NCBI GenBank assembly: GCA_965235115.1
Contig: OZ249436.1
Span: 310,001-374,000, forward strand
Length of the DNA: 64,000 nt
Direction: 5' to 3'
Source: Laetmonice hystrix
Lineage: Eukaryota
Within the stretch, counting starts at the first letter, position 1, and the number at the start of each line of letters is the position of its first letter. Of this stretch, positions 33,975-46,700 are shown piece after piece. The translations under genes and the position numbers were made by a program. A model generated the notes under the pieces. The model was not told the origin of the DNA. It worked only from the letters and a program-made list of their open reading frames with translations, and searched no databases.

Positions 33975-35470
33975 CCGTTTAATGTCGTTTATTTCACCAC
34001 AAGATATTTACAAGGCAGTGTGCTATTGTATTTTCATGTACATAGTAATAACTTCAGATGGATATTCACATTTGACCAATATGGGACAGAAAAAACCTTA
34101 TGGTGATGTAGGGTTGAAGCTTAAAGCTTAAGTACCCTGTCTCAGTCTCAATACATGGAATTAATTGGAACTCTTATAAAATGATCTTAATACATAAAAA
34201 GGTACAAAATACTGTTACTTAATTCACTGTTAAATATTTCTGCAGTGTGATCTATTCACTATGCGTTTTTGTATGAAAAGTCATATAATACAGTATACTA
34301 TTGTAGTCATTCAATGTCTCCATTCAGAAGCAGGTCTTTAACTAGGCGTTTAAAAACACAGAAGTTCATATCATTAACAGTGGTCAGGATATTACAAACA
34401 TTGTTCCACAGTTTCACTCCAACACACCTTATACATGAGGATTTAAGTTGATTTTTTGATATAGGTATGTGCAACAAAAATTGCTTGTCTTGTGTTATAT
34501 GAATGTATAGTCACATTAACCTGATAGAAATCGTCAAATACATTTGGAAGCATTGAAGTATGATATTTGAACATAAATCGAAGTACCGTGTACTTGTATA
34601 TTTCAGAAAGTTGTAATATCTTTAGTTTTATAAAAACTTGTGAAATAGATTCAAATCGTTTTACTCCAGCCATGATCCTGATTGTCTTTTTCTGTAATTT
34701 AACAAGTGGTAATAATGTCGTGGCATTTGCGCCTCCCCAGACCGTTAAGCAATAGGTGAAGTATGAATAAACAAAAGTGTAATACATATTAACTAATGTT
34801 TCTCGATTAAGGTATTTTCTTGCTTCACGCAATATACCCATAGCTTTAGAAATTTTATTAGATAAGTAGTGCACATGTGGCCTCCAAGATAAATTTTCCT
34901 CCAATATAACTCCAAGAAACTTAATTTTTTCCACTTTAGAAACGTTATCATTGTTAATTTTGACAGGCAATTCTGTTCTGCAGTTTTTATGTTTCGGTCT
35001 AATAAGCATATAGTTAGTTTTCGTAACATTCAGGCTTAATTTGTTTGCGTTCAGCCAATCATAAAGTAATGCTAATTTTTCATTCATGACTGTACATAAA
35101 TAGTGTTCATTTTTTCCATGAACAAAGACGTTTGTGTCGTCTGCAAACATAAGTAAAAATAAGTCTGGTGAGACATTTGCCATATCATTTACATACATAA
35201 GGAACATCAAGGGTCCCAGAATGGACCCTTGTGGTACACCACAATTTACAACAGTTTCTGGCGAGGCAATTTTATTATATAATACTCTTTGCTTTCGGTT
35301 TGATAAATAATCTCTAAACCAGTCCAATGCAATCCCCCTGATTCCATAATGCTCTAATTTCTTTAACATAATATCGTGATTTACTGTGTCGAATGCCTTT
35401 GAGAAATCTAAGAAAACACCTAATATTACTTCCCCTTTTTCAAGAGAGCTTATCAGCCTATCAAGTATTC
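33975..35470 (-). mobile_element. 5'-truncated non-LTR retrotransposon (CR1/L2/jockey-group LINE), RT domain and 3' UTR
   Basis: FLDFSKAFDTVNH, GVPQGSILGPLMF, FADDT, KFLGVILEENLSW in ORF 34443-35369 (reading frame extends to ~35470); frameshift near C-terminus; AATAAA at the 3' end near 33990. Confidence 0.92.
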
Positions 35471-35700
35471 AAAGGATTCATTTCCTTTACAGTTCGATAT
35501 ATATTTATAAAACTTTGTATTCTCTGTCTAGCTGTCTGTCTGCATCTGCATCTGTCTGTCTTTCTGTCTGTCGATATATCGATGGCAGAATTCTACACTT
35601 GCCAAACTATATAGTCTATAGGCCTATACATGTAGACTGGAGGCCGCCGAGAGTGGCCAATAGGCCTATTATAGGCCCTACGCCGGTCATAGATCTATGA

Positions 35701-36053
35701 CACTGGGGGATCGGGGGGGGCAAGGGGCCCGCCCCCTTAAATTTTCATTTTCCCCGCTTTTTTGTAAGAAGATCATGCATTATTCGGACCCTGAAACCAG
35801 TATTCCAACAAAATTCTGTAAAAAAAAGCCTCCTATATTGTATGTGATAGTAACATCGGGCCCAATAGGGCCTCCTCAGTCATCCAGGAGCAACATAACT
35901 CTGGGCCATGTAGCATTGAAAATCAAATAGACCAAAAGGGGCCCAAAATGGCCATAATTAGGCCTACAATAAAATCATGCAGAGCGTAGCGAGGTTAAAA
36001 AATTTTTTAGGTGGCGCCCCCCCCCCCTTATCAAAATCCTGGATCCCCCACTG
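35701..36053. mobile_element. MITE with 5-bp target duplication TATGA
   Basis: CACTGGGGGATC / GGATCCCCCACTG termini; TATGA at 35696-35700 and 36054-36058. Confidence 0.7.
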
Positions 36054-36078
36054 TATGATATAGGATGACTGGGGAAAT

Positions 36079-36355
36079 CGGAGGCGGATCTAGGGGGGCC
36101 AGGGGCCCGGGCCCCCCTTAGATTTTGGACAAGTAGGCCTATAGTAGCCTATAACTTAGGCCCAAATGAACCCAGCCACCCCTTTCGAGCAGTAAACTAA
36201 GGTCTAACAGTAAACCTGGAGATTTAATGAAGATCGGAATTTGTAGGCCTATAAAACACGATTTAGTTAGCAGTTCAGGACCCGCCACCCCTTTCCGACT
36301 TCGTCCCGGTAGTTCCCCCCCCCCCCCCCCAACGAAAATCTTGGATCCGCCCCTG
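36079..36355. mobile_element. Related MITE with 5-bp target duplication GAAAT
   Basis: CGGAGGCGGATCT / GGATCCGCCCCTG termini; GAAAT both sides. Confidence 0.7.
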
Positions 36356-36603
36356 GAAATAGTGAAGTCGCAAATCTGCGGATTTTTTGTTGTTAATTTA
36401 GGCCTACCGAGTATTTTGGCACCGGCGACCAAAAAAAACAAACGCTTTTTGTAAGAAATTTCGAGACCGCTCGACTCAATCTCCTGCAGAACTAAAAATA
36501 AATAGATCTAGGGGTCTAGGCCTATAAAAAGGCGCAGCACTTTAGGCATATCCGTAAAATCAACCGTACGGGCTTCCTCTATAGGCCTATATAGGCCTAG
36601 ATC

Positions 36604-37153
36604 CAGACCTGCCAAGTCCCCCGGTTTCACCGGGGGACTCCCGGGTTTTAACCTGATCCCCCGTCCCCCCGGTATGTCACAATTTTCTCACGGTAAATTG
36701 AACACTCATGTATGCACACAAAGTACACAAAACAGAAGAAAAAGATAGATAAATATGTTTGGACAATTTTAAGTTTAAAAATATAATGAAAAAATATGTT
36801 TGAGTATGTTTTTAAGTACATGTAGCAACTATATGCAACGCAGAACATTAAAAAAGGATACATAAAGAGAAAAGAAACAACATAAAGGAGCTGATGTCTT
36901 AGGACAATTTTTTATTTTAAATTTATTAAACTGATTGTATGTAAGTTGTGTATTTCATGTGTAGAATGTAGTGGCTCCATACTAACGTTTCTCCCCCACT
37001 CATAGGTCTATATCAGCTTCATAATGTAGTCTCCAGGTTTTTCCCCAAAATCTCCAGGTTTTCCCCCCAAAATCCCCCGGTTTTCCTCCCAATTTCCAGG
37101 TTTTTGGACACCAACTTTTAAAAATCTCCCGGTTTCTTCTGTTGGCAGACCTG
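36604..37153. mobile_element. MITE-like element
   Basis: CAGACCTGCCAA / TTGGCAGACCTG termini with subterminal CTCC(C/A)GGTTT motifs; no clear TSD. Confidence 0.55.
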
Positions 37154-37574
37154 TCTGTTTATCTAGATCTATAGGCTATTGGCCCACGGACAGAACAATT
37201 AGGGAAATTAATAGGAAGGCCCCTAGGCCTAACTCATCATGAAAACTGTTTTGGTAGCATTTCCCGGCGCTCACTACTTAGAGGCCTAGGTTTAATTCAC
37301 GCGAATGCTGAGCTGCTCGGAGCTGATAGGCCTACTACATGCCTACCGATAGATAGCCTAGATCTAGAGTAGGCCTATTAGTATTAGGCCTAACTTTCCA
37401 TGAGAATCTGGTTTTAAAAAGGAACCTTTGCTCTACCGTTGGGGGTTGTGCTATTTTTCGAACATAAATTCGTTAATCCTCCCCGATATAAAGAGTATAA
37501 GTATATTCTTTATGAGTTTAAAAACCCAGAGCTCTTGAGACGGACTGTGTCTGTGAGTGCAACACGGGCACCTG

Positions 37575-37615
37575 CCAACTGGCGGGCGCTGCGCAGGACC
37601 TGTGACGTCACGGCG
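37575..37615 (+). promoter_or_regulatory. Candidate CBX proximal promoter elements: full CRE palindrome GTGACGTCAC and E2F-like TGGCGGG
   Basis: TGACGTCA at 37603-37610, ~95 bp upstream of ATG, in a CpG-rich stretch. Confidence 0.45.
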
Positions 37616-37703
37616 AGTATTATGGGATGGATGGCACCCGCTATCGGGGAAGCCCTCGAAATCACCTACACAAAGATTCCTCGCTGTAGACCCCCTCCGA
37701 AAC

Positions 37704-37772
37704 ATGGAGCTTTCAGACGTCGGCGAGCGAGTATTCGCTGCCGAGTGCATCCAGAAGAGACGAATACGGAAG
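37704..37772 (+). CDS. Pc: CBX exon 1 ([23 protein letters not shown])
   Basis: aaacATGG start, AAG|GTAGGT donor. Confidence 0.95.
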
Positions 37773-40700
37773 GTAGGTGTTCTTGTCACTCCGTAAATCG
37801 TGTTTCTTGGTTTCAAAGGGGAGTGTACCGGCACCGGTTAGTGTATTATTAAACGCGTGTGTTTTTATTGCAGGGCCGCGTCGAATACCTTGTCAAATGG
37901 AAGGGATGGAGTCCTAAGTAAGTACAGCTATTTGCCATGGTGGTGGCCACTATGTCCTCATTATCAGCACCTTATTTAGATATTATCGTTCACCAGGAAG
38001 GCTGACGTTTATTATTCGGGTGTTTCAGATATAATACCTGGGAACCAGAAGAAAACATTCTCGATCAACGTCTCCTGGAAGCGTTCCGAACGAGGTAGGT
38101 CGACCATCGCCCCGACCTCGGGCTGAGCTCTCGGTCGGTGGGCCAGGCCCTGGCCGAGGCTGCAGCCATGTCCAGTCTCACCCAGTCACGGTCTCGCTTC
38201 TTACCTTGTTCCCGACCCGAGCTCACCGCTCGGACTGAGCTCTCGGTCGGTGGGCCAGGCCCTGGCCGAGGCTGCAGCCATGTCCAGTCTCACGGTCCCG
38301 CTTCTTACCTTGTTCCCGACCCGAGCTCACCGCTCGGACTGAGCTCTCGGTCGGTGGGCCAGGCCCTGGCCGAGGCTGCAGCCATGTCCAGTCTCACCCA
38401 GTCACGGTCTCGCTTCTTACCTTGTTCCCGACCCGAGCTCACCGCTCAGACTGAGCTCTCGGTCGGTGGGCCAGCTCAAGCCCTGGCCGAGGCTGCAGCC
38501 ATGTCCAGTCTCACGGTCCCGCTTCTTACCTTGTCCCCGACCCGAGCTCACCACTCAGACTGAGCTCTCGGTCGGTGGGCCAGCTCAAGCCCTGGCCGAG
38601 GCTGCAGCCATGTCCAGTCTCACGGTCCTGCTTCTTACCTTGTCCCCGACCCGAGCTCACCACTCAGACTGAGCTCTCGGTCGGTGGGCCAGGCCCTGGC
38701 CGAGGCTGCAGCCATGTCCAGTCTCACGGTCCTGCTTCTTACCTTGTCCCCGACCCGAGCTCGCCACTCAGACTGAGCTCTCGGTCGGTGGGCCAGGCCC
38801 TGACCGAGGCTACAGCCATGTCCAGTCTCACCCAGTCACAGTCCCTCTTCTTACCTTGTCCCCGACCCGAGCTCACCGCTCAGACTGAGCTCTCGGTCGG
38901 TGGGCCAGGCCCTGGCCGAGGCTGCAGCCATGTCCAGTCTCACGGTCCCGCTTCTTACCTTGTTCCCGACCCGAACTTTGCCGCTTGGACTGAGCTTTCG
39001 GTCGGTGGGCCAGGCCCTGGCCGAGGCTGCAGCCATGTCCAGTCTCACGGTCCCGCTTCTTACCTTGTTCCCGACCCGAACTTTGCCGCTCGGACTGAGC
39101 TTTCGGTCGGTGGGCCAGGCCTTGGCCGAGGCTGCAGCCATGTCCAGTCTCACGGTCCCGCTTCTTACCTTGTTCCCTTGGCCGTGCTCTGTAACTGGTA
39201 ACAGTCGCATAAGGATGGCTCCATACAGGACGTGCAATACCAGGAAAATGTGATGAGCCTGCTAAACCGTTTGTAGCTCCAATATTGCAATAATATAATT
39301 TATTGTAAAATTGACTTGTAAATTTATCATGTTATCGCGAGCTGTGGGCCTCTACCATAACCATTCTGGTACTAAGTAGTATAAATTATATGTAGGCCCT
39401 ATATTATATACTATGCTATAGTAATAAGACTGTTATTTAAAAACAAGTTACGAACTGCACTCCTACGTCTGTCCCAGACTCGATACAAAACATCCTAAAG
39501 TTTGTATCAGCAGAACTGATAAAATTGTCTTATTTGTAGATCTATACTACATGTTCAAAATTCTGATTCCATTGTCAATGTCAGTAATTAACGCAGAACA
39601 ATCCATGTGCAGAGTAATCGAGTAACTACCCACAACAATTCCTGTTCAGTCACTTCAGACCAGTGTAATAAATTAACTTTGACAAGTACCGTACCGTGAA
39701 GTACTGGCTTGGATGTAGACTTATATAATTTTACCATAGGCCTACCACAGTATTCACATTTATGGATGGTTACATATTGTAAGTTATGAATGAAATAATA
39801 ACTGGCACCGTACCAACAAAACGGCACCTTGGTAATTATGTCATAATGTGGAAGCATCATGAGATAAAAGTGTTACTCCTTTCATACTTGGTATATTTTT
39901 ATAGAGGCCTACCGGCTCTGGAAAAGTTGCCGCTACAACTGAATTTGATTTTATTGGTCAGTGATGGCATTTTTTGAATACTGCCGTATAGATGTGTGGT
40001 GGGTGTTCAACTGTTGGTATGAAAGGGTAGCCCATCACCTGGCTTTGATATAGGCCACTGACACTCCAGAGCTCAGTTAGACAAGCCCAGACCAGTGACA
40101 GTTGGCCGGCAGATGGACTGGGGTCATTCAACCGTGACATGTACTGGCTGTAGAGCTGTCCACCAGTTCGTGGTCACACTAAGTGGTTCCATTCACCTAC
40201 CTATCTGCATGTATTACAGGCGAAAAATCACAAAGTCTACAAAGTTATTTTAAATGTTCTACAAGTTTATTTTAAATGTTCTACAAGTTTATTTTAAATG
40301 TTCTACAAGTTTATTTTAAATGTTCTAAAGTTTATTTTAAATGTTCAGAGGTGCAGGGGTTTCAATAAGAAAAGTAGTAGAAGGTGAAGTTAACAAAGTA
40401 GGAGGTGGTCCTATAGTGCAGCAGCCGTATGTTGGTGCCGCGCCGACCTTGGGGGTGTGGAGTGGGAAGAGGAACCCCAGTCTCACTGGAGGGGTCTGGG
40501 GGCATCCCCCTGAAAAGTTTTGATTTCTTGGTGTCCGTAGGTGAACTCTGGTGTATTCTGAAAGTAAAATTGGCACCAATTTGTGGGGTAAATAGATCAG
40601 TTCCACTCAGATTTATGTCGGAGGACATACTGGACTAAAAACGATTTTTTATTTTGAGAAAGTTGCGGGCGGTTTTTGGGAAGTAGACGGGCAAAACCGC

Positions 40701-43700
40701 CGGCCGCTGGCGCTTATTGAGAAGGCTTGAAAAGGCTGATAGGGACGTTTTGTTATTTCTAGAAGGGAGGCAAAAAACTGTAAGGTCCCCTAAACTGTCT
40801 AGGCTAGCATATATGTTAAAAATGGCTAAAGCTAGTGTCGTGAAGTTGGTTACAGGGGATGGGGTGGGGATGGGGGGTGGGGGTGCAATAATGGTCAATC
40901 GTTGGTCTCATTGGTGGGCCACCATTGAATATTAAGGTGGGTTTTTTTTTGTTTAACCAAAAACTCCTTTGGGAACAAAATATTCGTTTATTTCACCCAT
41001 TTCCCAACAACTAGTCATTTTTAAACAAATCCAGCCCCTGCTAAAATTCTAATGCCCCCCCCCCACGGCTTTGAGTTGGTGACCGTGAGTAGTTGGTGTT
41101 TAACGCCATTTTAGCAGTATTTGACCTATATCAGGGCGAGAACAAGGGGTAACTAACTCAGTCGGTGAAAGCCAATGTGTGTTATTTAGAAAGATTACCG
41201 GGGCAACCCAATCTTTTCTATAGAGGTTAAGAGATCTGTAACGTACCCAGGTTACTCTGTCTTGTCTCGTATCGAGGCCAAGAGATCTTTAACGTACCCA
41301 GGCTGCTCTGTCTAGTCTCGTAACGAGGTCAAGAGATCTTTAACGTACCCAGGCTGCTCTGTCTAGTCTCGTATCGAGGCCAAGAGATCTGAAACGTACC
41401 CAGGCTGCTCTGTCTAGTCTCGTATCGAGGCCAAGAGATCTTTAACGTACCCAGGCTACTCTGTCTAGTCTCGTATCGAGGCCAAGAGATCTTTAACGTA
41501 CCCAGGCTGCTCTGTCTAGTCTCGTATCGAGGCCAAGAGATCTGTAACGTACCCGGGCTACTCTGTCTAGTCTCGTATCGAGGCCAAGAGATCTTTAACG
41601 TACCCAGGCTACTCTGTCTAGTCTCGTATCGAGGCCAGGAGATCTTTAACGTAACCAGGCTACTCTGTCTAGTCTCGTATCGAGGCCAAGAGATCTTTAA
41701 CGTACCCAGGCTGCTCTGTCTAGTCTCGTATCGAGGCCAGGAGATCTTTAACGTACCCAGGCTACTCTGTCTAGTCTCGTATCGAGGCCAAGAGATCTTT
41801 AACGTACCCAGGCTACTCTGTCTAGTCTCGTATCGAGGCCAGGAGATCTGTAACGTACCCAGGCTACTCTGTCTAGTCTCGTATCGAGGCCAAGAGATCT
41901 TTAACGTACCCAGGCTACTCTGTCTAGTCTCCTATCGAGGCCAAGAGATCTGTAACGTACCCAGGCTACTCTGTCTAGTCTCGTATCGAGGCCAAGAGAT
42001 CTGTAAGGTATCTAGGCTACTCTGTCTAGTCTTGTATCAAAGCCAAGAGATCTGTAACGTACCCAGACTACTCTGTCTAGTCTCGTATCGAGGCCAAGAG
42101 ATCTTTAACGTACCCAGGCTACTCTATCTAGTCTCGTATCGAGGCCAAGAGATCTGTAACGTACCCAGGCTACTCTTTCTAGTCTCGTATCGAGGCCAAG
42201 AGATCTTTAACTTACCCAGGCTACTCTGTCTAGTCTCGTATCGAGGCCAAGAGATCTTTAACGTACCCAGGCTACTCTGTCTAGTCTCGTTGCATAAACG
42301 TATCGTGACACGGCCGGTGTGATGTGGTAAAGTGACCCGGGGGTCAATTTACCACGTGGTAAATCGACCCCCGGGTTACTTTACCACAGTGGAAAAGTGA
42401 CCTCCCCTGTGGAAAAATGACCCAGGTTGAATAACATGGATATTAGGCATAACGTCTTTACATTGGAATCTATCGTCATTTTCCTGCTTCGTGGTATTTT
42501 TCAACAGTTTTGACACCTGTTCAGCAGTACTCACTTTCGCGACTTGCGCAAATTTAAAAGGGCAAACCAGCAGATACGGTTGTTACCTGGACGCCCCCCG
42601 GTTAGGGTTAAGGTAAGTTTAGGGTTAGGTCTATTTGAATTAACACTATTTGCAAATTGCGCAGATTGACAAATTGAGTCTGACATGTGAACAGAACCAT
42701 CCTTTGTATCCTTTCCATAAAAAGAAAAAATAAACAGAACAAGAAATGTCTTAACTTTTCCTTGATGGTCAGATTACCACAGGGAGGGTCACTTTTCCAC
42801 TGTGGAAAAGTGACCCGGGGGTCAATTTACCACAGGGGTCAGTTTTCGATGTGACACCGGCCTTTGATGAAGCAGTCGGCAGCACTGCTGTGCAGGTAAA
42901 TCTGACGGCCATGGTTCGAACCCAGAACCCTTGGATCAAATATTCTGTACTCTTACCACTGCACCGCCCAACCCCTCCCATCCCTTGAGTGACCATTGTG
43001 ACCATACTATGAGCTGGTAGTTGAACCTGGCCCCCAAAGTTTTTTTTAATGTACCTTTATCCACACAGTCCAGAGATTCAATGATCATGGAGGTGTTTGA
43101 AATTATAAGGTCAAGATTTTATCTTGGAATAATAATTATAAGCAACATAATCAGCCTTCATTAGTATTAGATCGACTTTAAGTTGTAATGACATGAAATA
43201 ACAGGCTGTCTTCTTGAATCCACAGCCAACATGATGGGGGTCCAACAGGAGCAAAACGAGGACCTAAACCCAAGAGACAGAGAGCGTTGGTAAGTTTCAA
43301 TTTCATGCTTCACTGTCGGAATGTAGCAGCAGTTCTCAGTGTTTTCTAACATTTTCACAGGCCTTGGTGAGTATTGTCAATGTCAACCTTTGTATGAAAA
43401 ATTTTGGCAAAAGTTGCACATTTAGCTTGTTGCCATTATGTTTCTTTAAAGGTTGGCAGCACTGTACTCGCAATAATTACTCTTGACGGTTATCATGTCA
43501 GAATATTGTCAGTGAAGCTCCTGAAGTCTTGCTCTGGTATGTGACACTCTGCATTGAGATTGTTCTGAAAGTCTCGACAATAATTACAAAGTAAACCCCA
43601 TAGTTCAAAGTATCCCCACTTTACGGTACTCCTGACAGTTATCATGTCAGAATATTGTCAGTGAAGCTCCTGAAGTCTTACTCTGGTATGTGACACTCTG

Positions 43701-46700
43701 CATTGAGATTGTTCTGAAAGTCTCGACAATAATTACAAAGTAAACCCCATAGTTCAAAGTATCCCCACTTTACGGTACTCCTGAAGTTATCATGTCAGAA
43801 TATTGTCAGTGAAGCTCCCAAAGTCTTGCTCTGGTATGTGACACTCTGCATTGAGATTGTTCTGAAAGTCTCCACAATAATTACAAAGTAAACCCTATAG
43901 TTCAAAGTATCCGCACTTTACGGTACTCCTGAAGTTATCATGTCAGAATATTGTCAGTGAAGCTCCTGAAGTCTTGCTCTGGTATGTGACACTCTGCATT
44001 GAGATTGTTCTGAAAGTCTCCACAATAATTACAAAGTAAACCCTATAGTTCAAAGTATCCCCACTTTACGGTACTCCTGACATTTATCATGTCAGAATAT
44101 TGTCAGTGAAGCTCCTGAAGTCTCGCTCTGGTATGTGACACTCTGCATTAAGATTGTTCTGAAAGTCTCCACAATAATTACAAAGTAAACCCCATAGTTC
44201 AAAGTATCCCCACTTTACGGTACTCCTGACAGTTATCATGTCAGTGAAGCTCCTGAAGTCTCGCTCGGGCATGTGACACTGTTTGTGCATGAACATAATA
44301 ACCACAAAGTAACCAAACAGTACTGACTGTGTGTCTGTCATGTTCAAGAAATAGACTTTGAATCTTGAAGAAAGTCATGAACTGTTAAGTGGACCTGTAA
44401 TGTGTGGAATTTATTGCATACTTGTTGTGCATGTATTGTTGACGGCATTGAACTACTTTCACAAAGTGTGAGGAGGAGCACGTCTTGTGGTGTGGGTGAA
44501 TGGACGTGTCTATGAAGTGATTAAAGAATCTTTCACTCCCTATGTATGGTATTTATATATAATTTTTTCTCTCTGCATACGTGGAAGGTGCAATACAACA
44601 TCGTGACAAAGGTTTGTACTGCGCCTTAAAGACGGTTGTTTTGTCTCTAGATACTCTGTGATGGTTGTTACCGTGTGGTTTACTTGTTCCCAGTGTACCC
44701 CCGGCAATACGTCTCTCTTTAATTAAACAGTCTTATTCTCGGCGTTTTTTTACTGCATCTCGTTTACTTACTACCATTAATTTACGGGTAGTTGAATTTT
44801 ATTGTTTGAATTGAAGTGAATGTACATGTATATGGTAGTGTGAACATAGTGGTGTTAAAGATAGTTTCAACTTTTCGTTAACAGTATGTATCTTATTCTG
44901 ATTTGAAAGAGAGATTATTTCTTTGTTATCGACAAAAGATACGGGTAAAAATGAAGCAAATTTAGATAATCTTTGATCAAGTTGTTGATCAGACCAGCCA
45001 CGTATATTTTATGATCATTGATGCTTTCAAATCTGTAATACTGACATGACACTTGGACAGATTTATAGCAGTAAATCTGTAATACTGACACGACACTTGG
45101 ACAGATTTATAGCAGTAAATCTGTAATACTGACACGACACTTGGACAGATTTATAGCAGTAAATCTGTAATACTGACACGACACTTGGACAGATTTATAG
45201 CAGTAAATCTGTAATACTGACACGACACTTGGACAGATTTATAGCAGTAAATCTGTAATACTGACACGACACTTGGACAGATTTATAGCAGTAAATCTGT
45301 AATACTGACACGACACTTGGACAGATTTATAGCAGTCATTCTGTAATACTGACACGACACTTGGACAGATTTATAGCAGTAAATCTGTAATACTGACACG
45401 ACACTTGGACAGATTTATAGCAGTAAATCTGTAATACTGACACGACACTTGGACAGATTTATAGCAGTAAATCTGTAATACTGACACGACACTTGGACAG
45501 ATTTATAGCAGTAAATCTGTAATACTGACACGACACTTGGACAGATTTATAGCAGTGAATCTGTAATACTGACACGACACTTGGACAGATTTATAGCAGT
45601 GAATCTGTAATACTGACACGACACTTGGACAGATTTATAGCAGTGAATCTGTAATACTGACACGACACTTGGACAGATTTATAGCAGTGAATCTGTAATA
45701 CTGACACGACACTTGGACAGATTTATAGCAGTGAATCTGTAATACTGACACGACACTTGGACAGATTTATAGCAGTAAATCTGTAATACTGACACGACAC
45801 TTGGACAGATTTATAGCAGTAAATCTGTAATACTGACACGACACTTGGACAGATTTATAGCAGTAAATCTGTAATACTGACACGACACTTGGACAGATTT
45901 ATAGCAGTAAATCTGTAATACTGACACGACACTTGGACAGATTTATAGCAGTAAATCTGTAATACTGACACGACACTTGGACAGATTTATAGCAGTGAAT
46001 CTGTAATACTGACACGACACTTGGACAGATTTATAGCAGTGAATCTGTAATACTGACACGACACTTGGACAGATTTATAGCAGTAAATCTGTAATACTGA
46101 CACGACACTTGGACAGATTTATAGCAGTGAATCTGTAATACTGACACGACACTTGGACAGATTTATAGCAGTAAATCTGTAATACTGACACGACACTTGG
46201 ACAGATTTATAGCAGTAAATCTGTAATACTGACACGACACTTGGACAGATTTATAGCAGTAAATCTGTAATACTGACACGACACTTGGACAGATTTATAG
46301 CAGTAAATCTGTAATACTGACACGACACTTGGACAGATTTATAGCAGTAAATCTGTAATACTGACACGACACTTGGACAGATTTATAGCAGTAAATCTGT
46401 AATACTGACACGACACTTGGACAGATTTATAGCAGTAAATCTGTAATACTGACACGACACTTGGACAGATTTATAGCAGTAAATCTGTAATACTGACACG
46501 ACACTTGGACAGATTTATAGCAGTAAATCTGTAATACTGACACGACACTTGGACAGATTTATAGCAGTAAATCTGTAATACTGACACGACACTTGGACAG
46601 ATTTATAGCAGTAAATCTGTAATACTGACACGACACTTGGACAGATTTATAGCAGTAAATCTGTAATACTGACACGACACTTGGACAGATTTATAGCAGT

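Larger units (their letters stand above)
41085..42970 (-). mobile_element. tRNA-derived SINE-like element interrupted by a 51-bp array and a MITE
   Basis: Reverse-strand head GGCGGTGCAGTGGTAAG...GGGTTCGAACC (A/B boxes) at ~42910-42968; tail-like GGTGTTTAACGCCA...TATATC at ~41095. Confidence 0.45.

Noticed and set aside
38138..39253. Overlapping ORFs up to 208 aa
   Set aside because: GC-rich tandem repeat in CBX intron 3.
42598..42630. Telomere-like TTAGGG motifs
   Set aside because: Only 2-3 degenerate copies inside a MITE, not an interstitial telomere.
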